This document shows positions 1 to 12,729 of a DNA stretch of 64,000 nt, in pieces. Position 1 is the stretch's first letter, and each line of letters starts with the position of its first letter. The DNA is from Lytechinus pictus. Taxonomy: Eukaryota. The stretch is from contig NC_087262.1 in assembly GCF_037042905.1 (NCBI RefSeq), forward strand, positions 6,076,001 through 6,140,000, given 5' to 3'. The notes under the pieces were generated by a model. The model ran no database searches, was not told where the DNA came from, and saw only the letters and a program-made list of their open reading frames with translations. The translations under genes and the position numbers were made by a program.

Positions 1-280
1 ACACTCCGATGAAATGCCAGGTTTCAGCCCACTTCTTTGATATTCACTTTGGAAAGGCATTTATCTACCCTTGTTACTCTCCACCCTGGCGTAGTAGATG
101 GATACCCGGTATTTGAGAAGAAATTCATTAAATGCTTATGGCAGCCCAGCTATATCCGGGGTAATAATGACATTATCATTTTACGCAGGGCCCGGAGGGA
201 GAACAGTTTTTGGAAATGAAGTGGCTGCACTGGGTATACAATATCATTCTATTATCATTATAGCTATTATCATTCACTAC
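1..280 (+). mobile_element. Degenerate SINE (body + type-I tail), 5' part cut or decayed
   Basis: ctccaccctgg..atggatacccgg body; gggcccggagggagaacagttttt..gtggctgcactggg tail; ATT-like end. Similar to the copies at 4701 and 23236. Confidence 0.6.
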
Positions 281-500
281 AAATAAAATGAAGAAATAAT
301 CCATTGTATCCTTGTTTTATCCCATGCTTGTCCTTTCACAACAAAATGTTCATGTTTTAAAGAACTTTTCACCAATTAAAAATGATTTCTTCTCATGAAC
401 GAGGCAGCAAATGGCACTCCATAAAAATGTGGTTTACGTTAGCCTAGAATTATCTGAACCACTGCTATGAGAATACCGCTAATTGGCTTTAGTCACAGGA

Positions 501-848
501 GGCGGTGCTGCACCAGCCCGAGTTTGCTCAATCTCGAGATTTTAGCCCGATCGGCCCTCTTTGCGATTAATTTCGAGCGAGGCATCGATGCATTGTGGTC
601 TGACGCCGTGAATAAATAATCCCGAGTGCGTCTGCACCTGCAAATTAGCGTGATGATTCGTACAATAGCGTGTTATTTTGCAAATAATCCCAAGTTCACT
701 TGAGATTGCAATCTCAAGATTAATCCTTAGAACTAGCGCGATAATTGCGTCTCCAGTTTAAACAATCTCGAGATTGTTCAGATCGGGATAATTTGCCGGA
801 TCAGAAATAGCGCGCTAATTTGAAAACTCGGGCTGGTACAGACGGCCC
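501..848. mobile_element. MITE family A (TIR GGCGGTGCTGCACCAGCCCGAG / CTCGGGCTGGTACAGACGGCCC), Harbinger-like
   Basis: Terminal inverted repeats; related copies at 9960..10353 and 30976..31374. Confidence 0.75.
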
Positions 849-1120
849 TAGTGGCTTGGAGCAATATTGAGATTTGACTAACTGGTATGAGCACAAGTCC
901 AAATTAACCAGAATTATGCCACACCTTCCCGTACCACAACATTTCCCTACAGAGCTACTTCATAAGACGCTCGTGAAACCGGGAACCAACAGAATAACAA
1001 CGGACCTGTTACACAAAACTACATGATTGATTGCACTGATTATGACGTGCAATCAATCACACTTATCAATTGTATGATTAATCATGATGGATTGTGTAAT
1101 AAGGCAGAGGTGTGAGTATA

Positions 1121-1374
1121 CACTGCAAACACTCTGGTGTTGATTTAACACAAGCCCGGAATCTATATATGTCCACACCAGAGAAGTGTTAAACAACACC
1201 AGTTTCGTTTTGGTCTTACACCAGATACATGTAGGTGTATATACAACACCAATTAGTATTAAAACAGCATCGGTTTGATTCCAAACTGGTGTTGTTTCAA
1301 TACTTCTCCGGTGTGGACATATATACATGTAGATTCCGGGCTGGTGTTAAATCAACACCGGAGTTTTTGCAGTG
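1121..1374. mobile_element. Palindromic MITE with CACTG...CAGTG ends (CACTA/EnSpm-like), TA flanks
   Basis: cactgcaaacactctggtgttgattt ... aaatcaacaccggagtttttgcagtg, with TA on both sides. Confidence 0.7.
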
Positions 1375-3021
1375 TATTGAGGACTAAAAGTAACAAAGGT
1401 CAAGGGCCTGTAATTTGCACCCCAGTTTTAAACATAAAGTCCATCTTAAAAGTTAAAGTTTATGTCTATAAAAGCAGGAAAATATAAGAGAAACATCAAT
1501 TAAATGAAAACAGATTTATGGCATAAATTTTGGAACATAGTCCATAATTTTTTATCAAAATGAGATGAGAAATTCTCTAGAATTAAAAATCATGAATTCA
1601 ATGCATTTTTGCTCAATTCGTATAATCATATTAGAAATTAAAAAAAATTGTAGTTGTAATAAAATGAAACTCATAAAAAAATTGACAATCATGAAACACT
1701 TTTGTGAATAATGAAGATGGAGTGCTGAGGTAATGTAACTACTACATTGTTTACTCTGAAAAATAAAACCCAACATAACTAAACCTTGCCAGCCCTTCAA
1801 AAAGGAAAACCTGACACAATGTGCTTTTTTAAACACACGGTCACATATTCTGAGCTCTGATTTAACAAAAAACCATGGTCCACGTCTGGATTAAAATCAT
1901 GGAAAGATAAAAGTGTATATATATATTGAATATTTTCAGCATATCTATCCCACCTTAGCATAAAAAAATTGAGACCCTAATTAATACAAGTGTTTAAACT
2001 GTATGCTTCTTGTGTTAACTACAAGGCCAATTTTCCATGAATGAATGGTAATGTATTGTCATTTCCAGATAATTTGTAAAGATTTGACAACCAATAGTGA
2101 TTAAAAATATGATTATCTAGTTTAAAGATTTGCATCACGGTTGGCTTTCCATAGTTAAACCATTGATTAAGACTATGGTTTGAGCACACTGGAGTTCAAA
2201 ATCTTGGCCCATAAGCACAAAAACAGAAAGTGTGGGATAAATATAAGATAATGAAATGATTAAGATTATACAGGTTGAAGATGATGAACAATTATAGATA
2301 ATAAAATGAAACAAAGATCCAGGCCTTTTGCAGAAAGAGTTCAACCATTTAAACACAACTCAGAAAATCAAACACAAGTCCTACAAGAGCTTTTATGATT
2401 GGTCGAAAGCCAAGTTGAGATTGATTTTAGAAGCTGCGGCTGATTGTGTCTCTTTCAGAAAGGGGCCCTTTGAACTGCAAATAAATAAGTACCTAATTGC
2501 TCACATTTTAAGACAACTATAAAACTTTTAAAATCTACTGTTACTGTTTTTGTCAGGAAAGGTTTCAATTGACCGTAAATAAAATTATATATTTTTTGTG
2601 CGCTTTCTTGTTCAATGTGAGCAATTAGGTTTTAGTACAAATAAAACTATAAAATTGCATTATTAGAATGAGTTAGTCATGTAATATCACTGCATGCAAA
2701 TATTAATAAAAACAAAAATTGGAATTCATACTTTGGCATGGGTTGCTACTTGGTTAAAAAAAAAATCTTTTATATTCAGCATTTTTTTTTCTCTCAAATA
2801 ATTACTGAGATTTTCTTTAGTTATACTTAGCATTGCATCCAAAAGTGTATGAAGATCATACCTAAAAGAGGAATAAAAAAAAGATTGATAATAAAATTAG
2901 AATGATTCACTTTACAATACATTTTTTAAATAAACAAAAACATGGGAATCAGTGTGCTGAGTGCTGGTTTAATAGAAGGTAAGTGCTCTTAATCAGGTAT
3001 ATGAAAATAGAGGACAATTTC

Positions 3022-3429
3022 TTAAAGATAAATATCAGTTCTGGTAACGATCTCAAAATGAGTTAGAACAGAATCCAATTAAATGACCACCCAAGTGTTT
3101 GTACATGTATGAATAAATAAAAAAATATGTGCCAAATGTCTCTGGAAAAAAGTGCGTAATTGCTGAGAAATGAGCAAAATAAGCACGGAATTCCATAAAA
3201 TGTCGGATATTTTTCCCCAACAATTTTAATACACTGTCCCACATATGCCTTTTTGTGTTAGTGATCATCAGAATTATCGGTTTTCAGCTAAGATTTCGTG
3301 ATTTCACGAAAACGAGTTGATTTCAATGTACCAGAACTAGATCTATGATAATATGGTGGTAATTATCCTTGATTTTAAAGGCTTTCTCATGAAATAATTG
3401 CTTGCTGAAATTACTTTATTTTCCCTTAA
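3022..3429. mobile_element. TTAA-flanked degenerate MITE; partial relative at about 17775..18050
   Basis: ttaaagataaatatcagtt...tactttatt ttcccttaa. The ggtaacgatctcaaa segment is shared with 17780. Confidence 0.55.
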
Positions 3430-4700
3430 AAGTTTCCTGCAGGAATCCGGCAAGCAATTTAAGGATTGCTAATCTCCATATTTCATCATACGCAAAATAA
3501 TGGGGAGATGAAAACACCAATGTAAAAAAAAAAAGGACTGGCACCTTTATGGCGGGATTTCCTGTAATACACCTGTTAAGAGACTTTGTTCTAAAGTATG
3601 AAGCCCTATATAAACCAGAACATCATTTTTATTATCATTATCAAACACGGCACAAACCTTGTGTAAGGTGCCTATAAAATGAAGGTTCTTTTGGAAAAAT
3701 CTGGACAATTCAATATGAGTTCCAAGATTGGATTTAAATAAATCCATTTTTCATTGAACTTTCATTTTAATCTATTGATTGACTTTTCTTTTTATTAACA
3801 TGTAGGCAATTTCACCCCTAAAATGATATCCCATGAAAACAAATACATATGCTACATGTACGTAGTAACTGCATTAGCAGAAGCAAGTGCCAGTCTTTAA
3901 TTAAAAGCTATATGACAAAAGGCTAATTACAGATTTGATATGATATGTATGGTAGTTGTGGCCATATTATTGCCATTAAATACTGATAAGCATTGGTTTG
4001 TATAATTCGGTGTTAATACCCTGTAAAAATGAATAGACTCGGTCACTTTAACATTCACAGAGCAAGTCAAAATAGGATTGAATTTTAAAACAAAGTTTTC
4101 AACAAAATATCTCATTTTTTTACATTACCATTATAGAAAGGGATTCTGTATGAATGGTATTTCTTTTTTTTTCTGGTCAAATTATTATTCACTATGTGAG
4201 TCAAAAATGGATTTTAAACCCAGTGTTGAATGCATTAATAAATATACTACTTTTATAAAAAAGGTGAACTCCATGAATGGGAAATGTTTAATGAAAGGAC
4301 TTGTCAGACATTTTATCCGACAGTTACCATAGTGACAGCGCTTCTCAACCAATCAAAATCAGGGAAAGTTGCCAGATCGGTCAACTTGTCAGACAACTCA
4401 TGTTATTGACATGCTCTTCTATTCGTCCAAGCATGAATATTCACCACAGAATTATGGTATAATATAAAAAACAATTTCGCAAAACGATGACAAATTATTT
4501 CTGTTGAAGAATAATTTTTGAATAAATGGACAGTTTATATGTGTCAACCTCTCTCTGACTCGCACTGACGATGGTATCGTTAGAATCAATAGCAGACATG
4601 CAGTATTGAAATAAGATCGGAAGAAGAATATTCTTTGAAGTTTTCGACATCCCCTGAGGAATAAATACTTGTCAGCCATGGCAATATAACCAATTACTCA

Positions 4701-5000
4701 GTGGAGCGTTGTGGCCCAGTGGATTAGCCTTTGGACTTTGAAACAGAGGGTCGTGGGTTCAAAACCCAGCCATGGCGTAATTTCCTTCAGCAAGGAATTC
4801 ATCCACAGTGTGCTGCACTCGACCCAGGGGAGGTAATTGGGTACCGGCAGGAAGTAATTCCTCAAAACGCCGTGTGCACCTGAATAGGTAGCCTAACTTA
4901 GCCGAGTAATAATAATAGCAAAGCCCGCTGGAAGAACAGTTTTCGGAACTTGAAACTTGAAAGTGTCTACCCTGGGTAAATATACCGTTATTATCATTAA
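4701..5000 (+). mobile_element. tRNA-derived SINE (family 1, type-I tail)
   Basis: A box tggcccagtgg, B box gggttcaaaaccc, body tgctgcactcgacccagg..gggtacc, (ATT)-like tail. Confidence 0.85.
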
Positions 5001-5856
5001 TGTCAGAAACCTGTAGAAATATAGCTCGTATTATATAAATAAAAGTAAACTAGATCATTGTACTGAACTATTAGTCTTACAGGCAAACAAAGTGTTATAT
5101 TAATAAAATCCCCAAATATCCCAAGTAACTTCTAATTCGTCACAATCTCATATATAAAAACTTAATTGCACAGACAAGGAAAGCTGAACAATTTTCCTTG
5201 TAAAAGATACTTTAAAATACCTTGTAAAAGATACATTACTATCTACACAAACATTGACTGTTGAATAAATACTATAAAACTCAATGTACTGCAGGCATAC
5301 ATGTATATTGCTAGATTATTGTAGTCGTGAATATACTTTTGAAAATTAATACAGAGAGACAACTATCAAACGTTTTGCAACATTTTCAATCAAAGTTACA
5401 ATGTTCACAACTCATTTAGACTTGACAAGATAAAAGCTCGTATAAAAAACATTTTGAGTGAAATATACAGATATCAATTAAAATACTTGACAGTTTTATG
5501 TACAAAGTAGTATTTGGCATTTGTATTGCCATGTAAAAAAACAAAGCAAAGCATAATGATGGAATTTATTATATCAAAATACCAATAAACGCAGCTCATA
5601 ACGAGATAATGTGCTCTTTCTATTGCACTGTAAATAGAGGTTTTAATAGTAAGCTTAATCCAATATTTTTCATGTTTATATCAACTACATGGATTAGAAA
5701 CTGAGTGACCAATTTTCACTGCCCTAGTACCCCTTGGCTTGATTCAATTTTGTTTATCATTAAATCATGTTCGGTCTCGTCGAAAATAGACTTTGTATCA
5801 GAGTATGTAAGTGCTTGGTGAAACGTCATGGTTGTAATAGTTGGGACTCCCTTCTC

Positions 5857-6439
5857 TTAAAAGGCATGTCCACCTCAACAAAAAGTTGATTTCAATAAAA
5901 AAGAAAAAAAAAAGAAGCATAACACTGAAAATTTCATCAAAATTGGATGTAAAATAAGAAAATTATGACATTTTGAAGTTTTACTTAATTTCACAACACA
6001 GTTACTAGTATATGAACATCTTGGTCGGTATGCAAATGAGGGGACTGATGACATCACCCACTTGCTATTCTTTTCTATTTTTTATATGAAATATTCTAAT
6101 TTTCTCGTCATTGGCATGTGAAAGGAGTTTAATTCATCCCTTAACATGTGGAATTACCATTTTTTTACATTTTATAGTTCAGTGAAGTTGGACCTTATAG
6201 TCAAATCTGTAAAAATTGATAATTTGAACAATAATAAACAAAAGAAATAGTGAGTGAGGGACATCATAGACTCTCTCATTTGCATGTCAGTGAGTTGTGC
6301 ATATAAAATAAGCAAAACTTTAAAATATCATAACTTTCTTATTTTACATCGATTTCAATTAAATTTTCAGCGTTGCGCTTGTTTGATTTTTCTCTATTGA
6401 TTCAATTCAAAATTTTTCTGGGGTGGACTTGACATTTAA
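5857..6439. mobile_element. TTAA-flanked MITE (Kolobok-like) family B1
   Basis: Long TIRs ..gtccacctc / ggggtggacttgac..; related copies at 47047 and 59042. Confidence 0.75.
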
Positions 6440-7376
6440 TAAGAGGGTCGTTGGCTCAAACCCTGCTCCGGGCATTAAAGTAATATGGGCATCAGCTTTC
6501 ATGAGGAGTAGCTTATCATTGGCTGACCCCAGACTTTGTGAAAAGCATTGGAAATGCCTGTAACAGAGACATCTTTGGGGGAGAGCAAACTCGGTGTATC
6601 AGCGAGAAATTCTTCGGCCAAGCCTGCTTAGCCTCGGACAATGGTCAGGCCAGGGAATCGTGAGATGATGGCTTTAACTTAACCATAAGGCAAATTCCAG
6701 TGGTGTTACATAACGTCTACTGGTCATGAATCTTGTTCTACTCTGGGTTATGTATATTCAAATGGTGTAAAATTACCCATGAAAAAAACCCACAATAATC
6801 TGCATTTAATGTTTTTCAGCAAATATTTTTTTTTTTTTAGCAGACCGAGGAGGAATACCAATTATACTGTTATTTGATACTGTTAGTCTGCAATATGGCA
6901 AAGACAGTTCAGTCAATCCATAATACTTGAACCAATTATACTGTTATTGATACTGTTAGTAAAAATAATACTTAAACAGATGAATCCAAGTGAAGGCTCT
7001 TATTGATAAGAAACCATATTATGTAAAGACTTTAGGGGGTTGGAGGAAAATATTTGCAATCAATCGCAACTTTCCATTGCAATTTTACAATTCATAGATC
7101 AATTCAAACTCTGGCACACTCAATTTATACTCCTTGTTAGAATAAGCAAAGCAGCAGTTGAGTGCAAATTTGCAATTAATTGCAGGACTCAAGACTGATT
7201 TCGGAACCCAAAATAGACTTGCAATCGCTTGCATATTTCTTGCAATGCTCCATAAATCTAAGAGTGATATGAGATCCCTCTCCTGCAGTCATTATCAGAA
7301 GCAATACAATAATTATGTAGCAAAAAGGGATATTTCTCAATGCTGAACAGGAAGTAGGTTTATATCTCAAATGCAA

Positions 7377-7823
7377 TCATTCAGTCATCTTTATACTATT
7401 ATTAATTGCCATACGGTAGCTATAGCGATCCGAAAAGCTTCGGTGTACCTTGTTGGTGTTATCCCTGAGGAACGGTCGCGATTCTTCGGAAGGATCGGGA
7501 TGGCTTCCCGCGTTGGAGTTGCTTCGACGCAGGTTCGACTTGGAGTTGGTCTCTGGGGACTTTTGCCCAACGGTGGCCTTCATTGACGACGACGATTTAG
7601 AGAGCGATGACGACGACGATGTGACCTTCGGCAGTTGGTTCGGAGCCGATGCGGACCGCGATAACGTGGAGGAATGAGAGGATGCGAACTTCGGAACGGG
7701 AGCGGGAGACGATCGCTTGGCGACTGATGATGATGACAACGGCGCGGGCGGGGCACATCGGACTGGCAAGGAGCTGAAAGGCTGGGAACGTAGCAGGTAG
7801 ATGTATGTCTTGAATCTTGAAAC
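7377..7823 (-). CDS. PSD: PSD/EFA6 last coding exon (VSRFKTYIYLLRS... Ser-rich tail ...KMTE*)
   Basis: Acceptor ctcctacag|GTT, in frame with ORF 7377..7769. EYE|VSRFKTY mirrors the EFEKTRYETY-type motif of PSD proteins. Confidence 0.88.
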   Translation of the reverse strand, partial: VSRFKTYIYLLRSQPFSSLPVRCAPPAPLSSSSVAKRSSPAPVPKFASSHSSTLSRSASAPNQLPKVTSSSSSLSKSSSSMKATVGQKSPETNSKSNLRRSNSNAGSHPDPSEESRPFLRDNTNKVHRSFSDRYSYRMAINNSIKMTE

Positions 7824-8276
7824 CTGTAGGAGAATAAAAAAAATAAAAAAAGGTTAGCAGAATGGATGAGAGTTATCATTCATTTGGTTCTAGTTAAATG
7901 ATGACACATATTATGATTTAAATTTCGACTTCAATACAATCCCAATGTGAGATGATACACCAAACAACGAGACAATGGTAAATCCCTCAACTGAGCATTT
8001 CCATGAGACTTCCATTTCCATGGCAACATTTTTTTTTAAAGCACCGCCCCATTTTCCTCCATTTTTACTTCAATTCATGATCTCCTCGAGTCATGGTAAC
8101 TTGAGAGCATTCAAATTACCATATGAGAAAAGAGAGACAGATTCTTTCAGGTAAGTCCCACACACAAAGCGGGCCAGATCTTCACACTAATAGAATTGGT
8201 CAACTATTTTACAATCTTGAGGTCTTTACTTCCAGAATAAAAGGTAAATCAAACACAGATCACCAGGGGATTTCTG

Positions 8277-8546
8277 GGCCCCATCTTGCAAAGAGTTGCG
8301 ATTGATCGGATCAATCAAAACTATGGACGGCCAGCAACATCAACATGCATTATTCATGTTTGTTCAAAATATGTTCTAACTATGATGTATATTCATGCAT
8401 TTATTGTTTTCTTGAAAATTCACTGTGCTTCTCTTTGTTTACAAAGGACACTGTGCAAATTTCCTATAGAAAAAGTTATGACACTGATGGATTTCCATAG
8501 AGTTACGATTGATTGGATCAATCGTAACTCTGTGTAAGACGGGGCC
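8277..8546. mobile_element. MITE family C (TIR GGCCCCRTCTT.CAAAGAGTT), CTG TSD, Harbinger-like
   Basis: ctg|ggccccatcttgcaaagagttgcg ... cgtaactctgtgtaagacggggcc|ctg; second copy at 32945. Confidence 0.75.
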
Positions 8547-8664
8547 CTGGCTTGGTGATAAAAGCTGATATATCCATTAGTTTGCAGGCTCAAAACACAC
8601 AATAGCAGTCTTAATCTTTAGACTTAGAAGAGAGGCATCGGGATCACAGAACTCTATACGCTTA

Positions 8665-9115
8665 ACACTAACATCACAAACAATATTAACACTGACGTCC
8701 ACATCAACACTGACATCCACACACCAACACCAGATCACCCACATCACCAACACCAATTCCATCACAAATACCAATACTGATACCAAAACCAATACCAACA
8801 CCAACACCAGATCGCTCACAACATCACCGACACCAGCAATGATACCAGCTTCAATAATGGAATGATTTGCCACTTAGACAGTGTCCATTACTAGCACTTT
8901 TTTTAAGAAAAGCATTAAAACCCCAACTTTATCATAGGTTCTATTGATTCTTTGGAAGCGCTTTGGGCTGAATGGGAAAGCGCAGTATAAATGATAAAAA
9001 ATAATAATCATAACAATAATAATACCATAAACCAACATCGATTCCAACACCAATACTGACACTTAAGACTCATATCAACACCAACAGCAATGCTGACATC
9101 AACACCAAAGACACC
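8665..9115. repeat. Degenerate ACACCA-rich low-complexity tracts
   Basis: Repeated aacacc/aatacc hexamers; they generate spurious V/L-rich minus-strand ORFs. Confidence 0.65.
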
Positions 9116-9130
9116 ATGGGATTTGCAAAC

Positions 9131-9274
9131 CTCATATTCCAAATATTCATCCTTGGTCTTGAAATCCTTGATGATCTTCGTCTTGGTTTTCTTGTCGGGA
9201 GGATAGCTTCTGTGATCCTCTAAATCCCGTTCTAAAGCTTCAATCTTCTCGTCATGACTAGCTAGCTGTTGAGC
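9131..9274 (-). CDS. PSD: PSD/EFA6 exon, coiled-coil (AQQLASHDEKIEALERDLEDHRSYPPDK...EYLEYE)
   Basis: Acceptor ttttttaag|GCT, donor GAG|gtttgc. 144 nt, phase 0/0. Within ORF 9008..9412. Confidence 0.9.
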
Positions 9275-9376
9275 CTTAAAAAAAAAGAGACAAATGTATA
9301 CAAATTTGAATGTAATAATCACAGATCCAGAATATGAAAGCCTGTTGATATATAATGCCACATACCAAAAACAAGA

Positions 9377-9598
9377 GGCGCGATAGCTCAGTTGGTAGAG
9401 CGGGGGTTTCAAATTCCGGTGATCTGGGATCGATTCCTACTTGGTGCGCTAGTGCCCTTTGGTAAGGCATTAATCCTCATTACCAGGTCCCTGGGAGAGG
9501 ACCTTAAGCCGACGGTCCTCTGGTTGTTTGCTTTATACAAGCATTCATGCTTTCTTAGCAATCTGGTAAAAAATCACCGCAATTTACCATTTACCATT
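9377..9598 (+). mobile_element. tRNA-derived SINE (family 2) inside a 416-bp PSD intron
   Basis: A box tagctcagttgg, B box ggatcgattcc, body gaggaccttaagccgacggtcc, (TTACCA)-like tail. Confidence 0.75.
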
Positions 9599-9690
9599 CT
9601 GTACTAGCAGTTTTAGTGAACAAGTCAGTGTGAGTTGGCAATAGGGGCATGAGACAAAAACCACTCATTATTGTACAGGTTCTATCTTAC

Positions 9691-9835
9691 TGGTTCAAGT
9701 TTTGAAGAAGCACTTGGTAATATGGGTCTCCTGAATGCCATCTGCGAGCCCACTGCTGCTGGAAGGGGCGGCGAGGAATGAACTGCCGCTGCTAGGTTTA
9801 CTGCCTGCATCCAGGACTGCATATCTCGAACATCA
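9691..9835 (-). CDS. PSD: PSD/EFA6 exon, PH C-terminal helix and conserved PPLPAAVGSQ..FRRPILP motif
   Basis: Acceptor ttattccag|T, donor CCA|gtaaga. 145 nt, phase 2/0. Translation DVRDMQSWMQAVNLAAAVHSSPPLPAAVGSQMAFRRPILPSASSKLEP. Confidence 0.93.
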
Positions 9836-9959
9836 CTGGAATAAAATAAGAACAAGATAGAAATTCAGTTTCTGCTAAACAGTGGTCCAATAGTTACAAG
9901 AATAACTCCAATTTTAGCTAATCCCTCTATGGCTAATCTCATTTCCTCTAGACCCTGTA

Positions 9960-10353
9960 GGCGATGCTGCACCAGCCCGACTTTGCTCGATCTCAAGATT
10001 TTAGACCGATCAGCCCTCTTCGCGATTAATCTCGAGATTCAAGAGCGCAAGAAGAGCAATTCGTGCTCGAGCAAGGCATCAACGCATTGTGGTCTGACGC
10101 CGTGAATAAATAATCCCGAGTTGAATTGCGAATGCGTCTACATCTGCGAATTAGCGGGATAATTCGTAAATAGCGTGCTATTTTACAAATAATCCTAAGT
10201 TGACTTAGGATTGCAATCTCGTGATTAATCCAGCGAACTATCGCGATGATTGCGTCTCCATTACAAATAATCTTGAGATTGTTCAGATAGGGATAATTTG
10301 GTGAATCAGAAATAGCGCGATTATTTGAAAACTCGGGCTGCTGCAGACAACCC
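9960..10353. mobile_element. MITE family A copy
   Basis: Colinear with 501..848, TIRs present. Confidence 0.75.
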
Positions 10354-11027
10354 TGATTTGTCACATACATGTAACCCTATCAGGGAAAAGATTGCACAGG
10401 GGTTCAGGGCAATAACGCTCCTGAAATGCCCAAAGGAGCCCTAGAAACCCCCATTCCCTGCAATGTTAAAGCTTATCCAATGTTTGAGATTTAAGCAGTT
10501 TACCGTTAAAAAAAGCTGCTGAAAACAAAGAATTAATTATTTGCCTGAATCATATACATGTACATGCATGATCTTATTGCCAAAATGCCAATTCACCATG
10601 TTGTCCAATACCCATCTATACCGGGGTACTTTGATTTAGACAAACTGCTGGTAAAGAAATTTACACATTTTTGTACTAAGTTGGAAAGATCACAAGAAAT
10701 TAATTTTGATGAGTTCTGTATGTTATGGCTACTATGAATAGACACAATACTGAAGTTAATTTTTTGAAAGACTTTCTCACAAACTCGTAACAACAAAACC
10801 CAAAAATCACTGCCAAATTGATCAGTCAGTCAGTCAATCATCCATGTTTTAAATCCGGTTTATTGTTCAAATAAATATTATAGTATATTATATTAAATAA
10901 ATATTAAAAATTATATTAAATAAATATTACATGTATTTGGCGCCCATATGGCCGCTCAGCTATGGCCGGGGTAATAATATGATACCACGTATCAAAGAGC
11001 AGTTGAGTATATGCATAGTAACAGCGC

Positions 11028-11210
11028 NNNNNNNNNNNNNNNNNNNNNNNNNNNNNNNNNNNNNNNNNNNNNNNNNNNNNNNNNNNNNNNNNNNNNNNNN
11101 NNNNNNNNNNNNNNNNNNNNNNNNNNNNNNNNNNNNNNNNNNNNNNNNNNNNNNNNNNNNNNNNNNNNNNNNNNNNNNNNNNNNNNNNNNNNNNNNNNNN
11201 NNNNNNNNNN
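11028..11210. other. Assembly gap (183 N), preceded by a SINE-like 3' fragment
   Basis: Run of N; ggccggggtaataat motif just upstream. Confidence 0.98.
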
Positions 11211-11328
11211 AAATGAAATGTATTTCCATAATTTGACACTAAGATGCACCATCCTTTCAGCAAAAAAAAGGGCAAAAAATACCCCCCCCCCCCCTCCCCG
11301 ATAAAAACTGTGTGACATACAAACTTAC

Positions 11329-11480
11329 AGACACTGTATAAGGTATTCACTCCAGTTGGCCAGCCGCAGAGAGAAGACGTTCGGTTTCTTATCATACTGA
11401 CCAGACCGGCTGGCTAATGCATGATGGATCCGCATGACATCCTTGGGGTTGTTGAAAGCCATGTCCTTTGCAACCTCGGA
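11329..11480 (-). CDS. PSD: PSD/EFA6 exon, PH domain (SEVAKDMAFNNPKDVMRIHHALASRSGQYDKKPNVFSLRLANWSEYLIQC)
   Basis: Acceptor gtctttttag|TCC, donor CT|gtaagt. 152 nt, phase 0/2. IHHALA..YxKKPNVF motif. Confidence 0.93.
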
Positions 11481-11912
11481 CTAAAAAGACAACAGAGAGA
11501 TTTATGTGAAATTGATCGAGTCTTCTCGTTTCTGCATATTTCATCAAACAGTAAATGCATTGCCTTCGTAATGTTGAACATATGGTGAATTGGAGCTTGG
11601 TGGGCATTGCATCACAATAACTTGGCAAGATATAAACAACTACCTGGGGATTCGATTTACATGCATCATTGGTATACAGATGGGGAGACGCCCCCCCCCC
11701 CAGAAGAGAGGATCTAAAGCTGTCAGTCCTCTGGTTACAAACACTTTTATGGGGGGGGCATACAGTGTACAGGTAAAACTAACCAATTTATCTATCAAAT
11801 GAAATATGACACACCTGACAAATAGTTGTCTTGCAACAGACTATAAATTTTCACGTAAAAAAGCCCCACACTTCATTAAAAGCATACCCTGGAAAATAAC
11901 CTAGCTTGCTCT

Positions 11913-11944
<32 letters not shown>

Positions 11945-12432
11945 CCCCCCCCCCTCTTTTTCTGTCTTCCCACCCAATAATATTGAATTACTCTAAATTT
12001 GTTTCCATCCCTCAGTCTCAATAAATGTCTGCATCTTCTATAAAAAGATTTTGACTCCACATCTAGAAATAGTTCTACATGCCATTCCAACTGCTCTTCT
12101 ATCAAATTAAAAATTCACATCTGTACAGGTGAGCACATCATTATGAAGGCAAGTTCGGGTTCTGAAATATATTGAATGTTTCAACTCAGTTGGAGAGGTT
12201 GTGTTCATTTTTTTTTTTTTTGCCCAGAAACACAATATATGGTCACAATATAAAATAATGTATGAATAGTTGATTGAGTCAACTGAAGTCAGGATATAAC
12301 ATTTAATAAATGGTTTAAAAGTATTCAAGGGTGTGCTCAATTTTTTTGCTACAAACACAAACCAGGAACATGATATAAATCGATGTAAGATGTATGAACA
12401 ACTGATTTAGCTTTCAATCCAATCTAGACGTA

Positions 12433-12729
12433 GGTCCATATTCTGAAGTCGGGTTTAACTTAAACCCTGGTTTAAAGTTGTGGTTTATCTATGGAGAGCC
12501 AATTGGGGTACAATTCCCTAACAATAAATTAGTAACTCATATGACACCCAAATTGTCTGGGAATGATAACTGAAGTATTTTGAAGTATTTTTCTTCATAA
12601 CGAAAGCAAAAGGAAACAGAATAGTAAACATAAGAAATATACAATATAAACAATAATTTTTGGCTCCCCATAATTTTAGCACAGAGTTAGACCATGGTCT
12701 AAGTTAAACCTGACTTCAGAATACAGGCC
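12433..12729. mobile_element. MITE family D (TIR GGCCCGTATTCTGAAGTC); partial copy at about 22213..22490
   Basis: ggtccatattctgaagtcggg ... cctgacttcagaatacaggcc. Confidence 0.7.

Noticed and set aside
4701-4775. tRNA-like heads (also near 23460, 40980, 55030, 57890)
   Set aside because: Multi-copy SINE heads followed by a shared body and tail.
7371-7879. ORFs 7371..7586, 7450..7677 and 7580..7879
   Set aside because: Antisense or alternate-frame shadows of the GC-rich last PSD exon.
8577-9062. Hydrophobic V/L-rich ORFs resembling membrane proteins
   Set aside because: Translation of ACACCA low-complexity repeats inside an intron.
9377-9450. Possible tRNA gene
   Set aside because: The acceptor and anticodon stems are imperfect, and the sequence continues into a SINE body and tail.
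10916-11395. ORFs spanning X runs
   Set aside because: Artefacts of the N gap.
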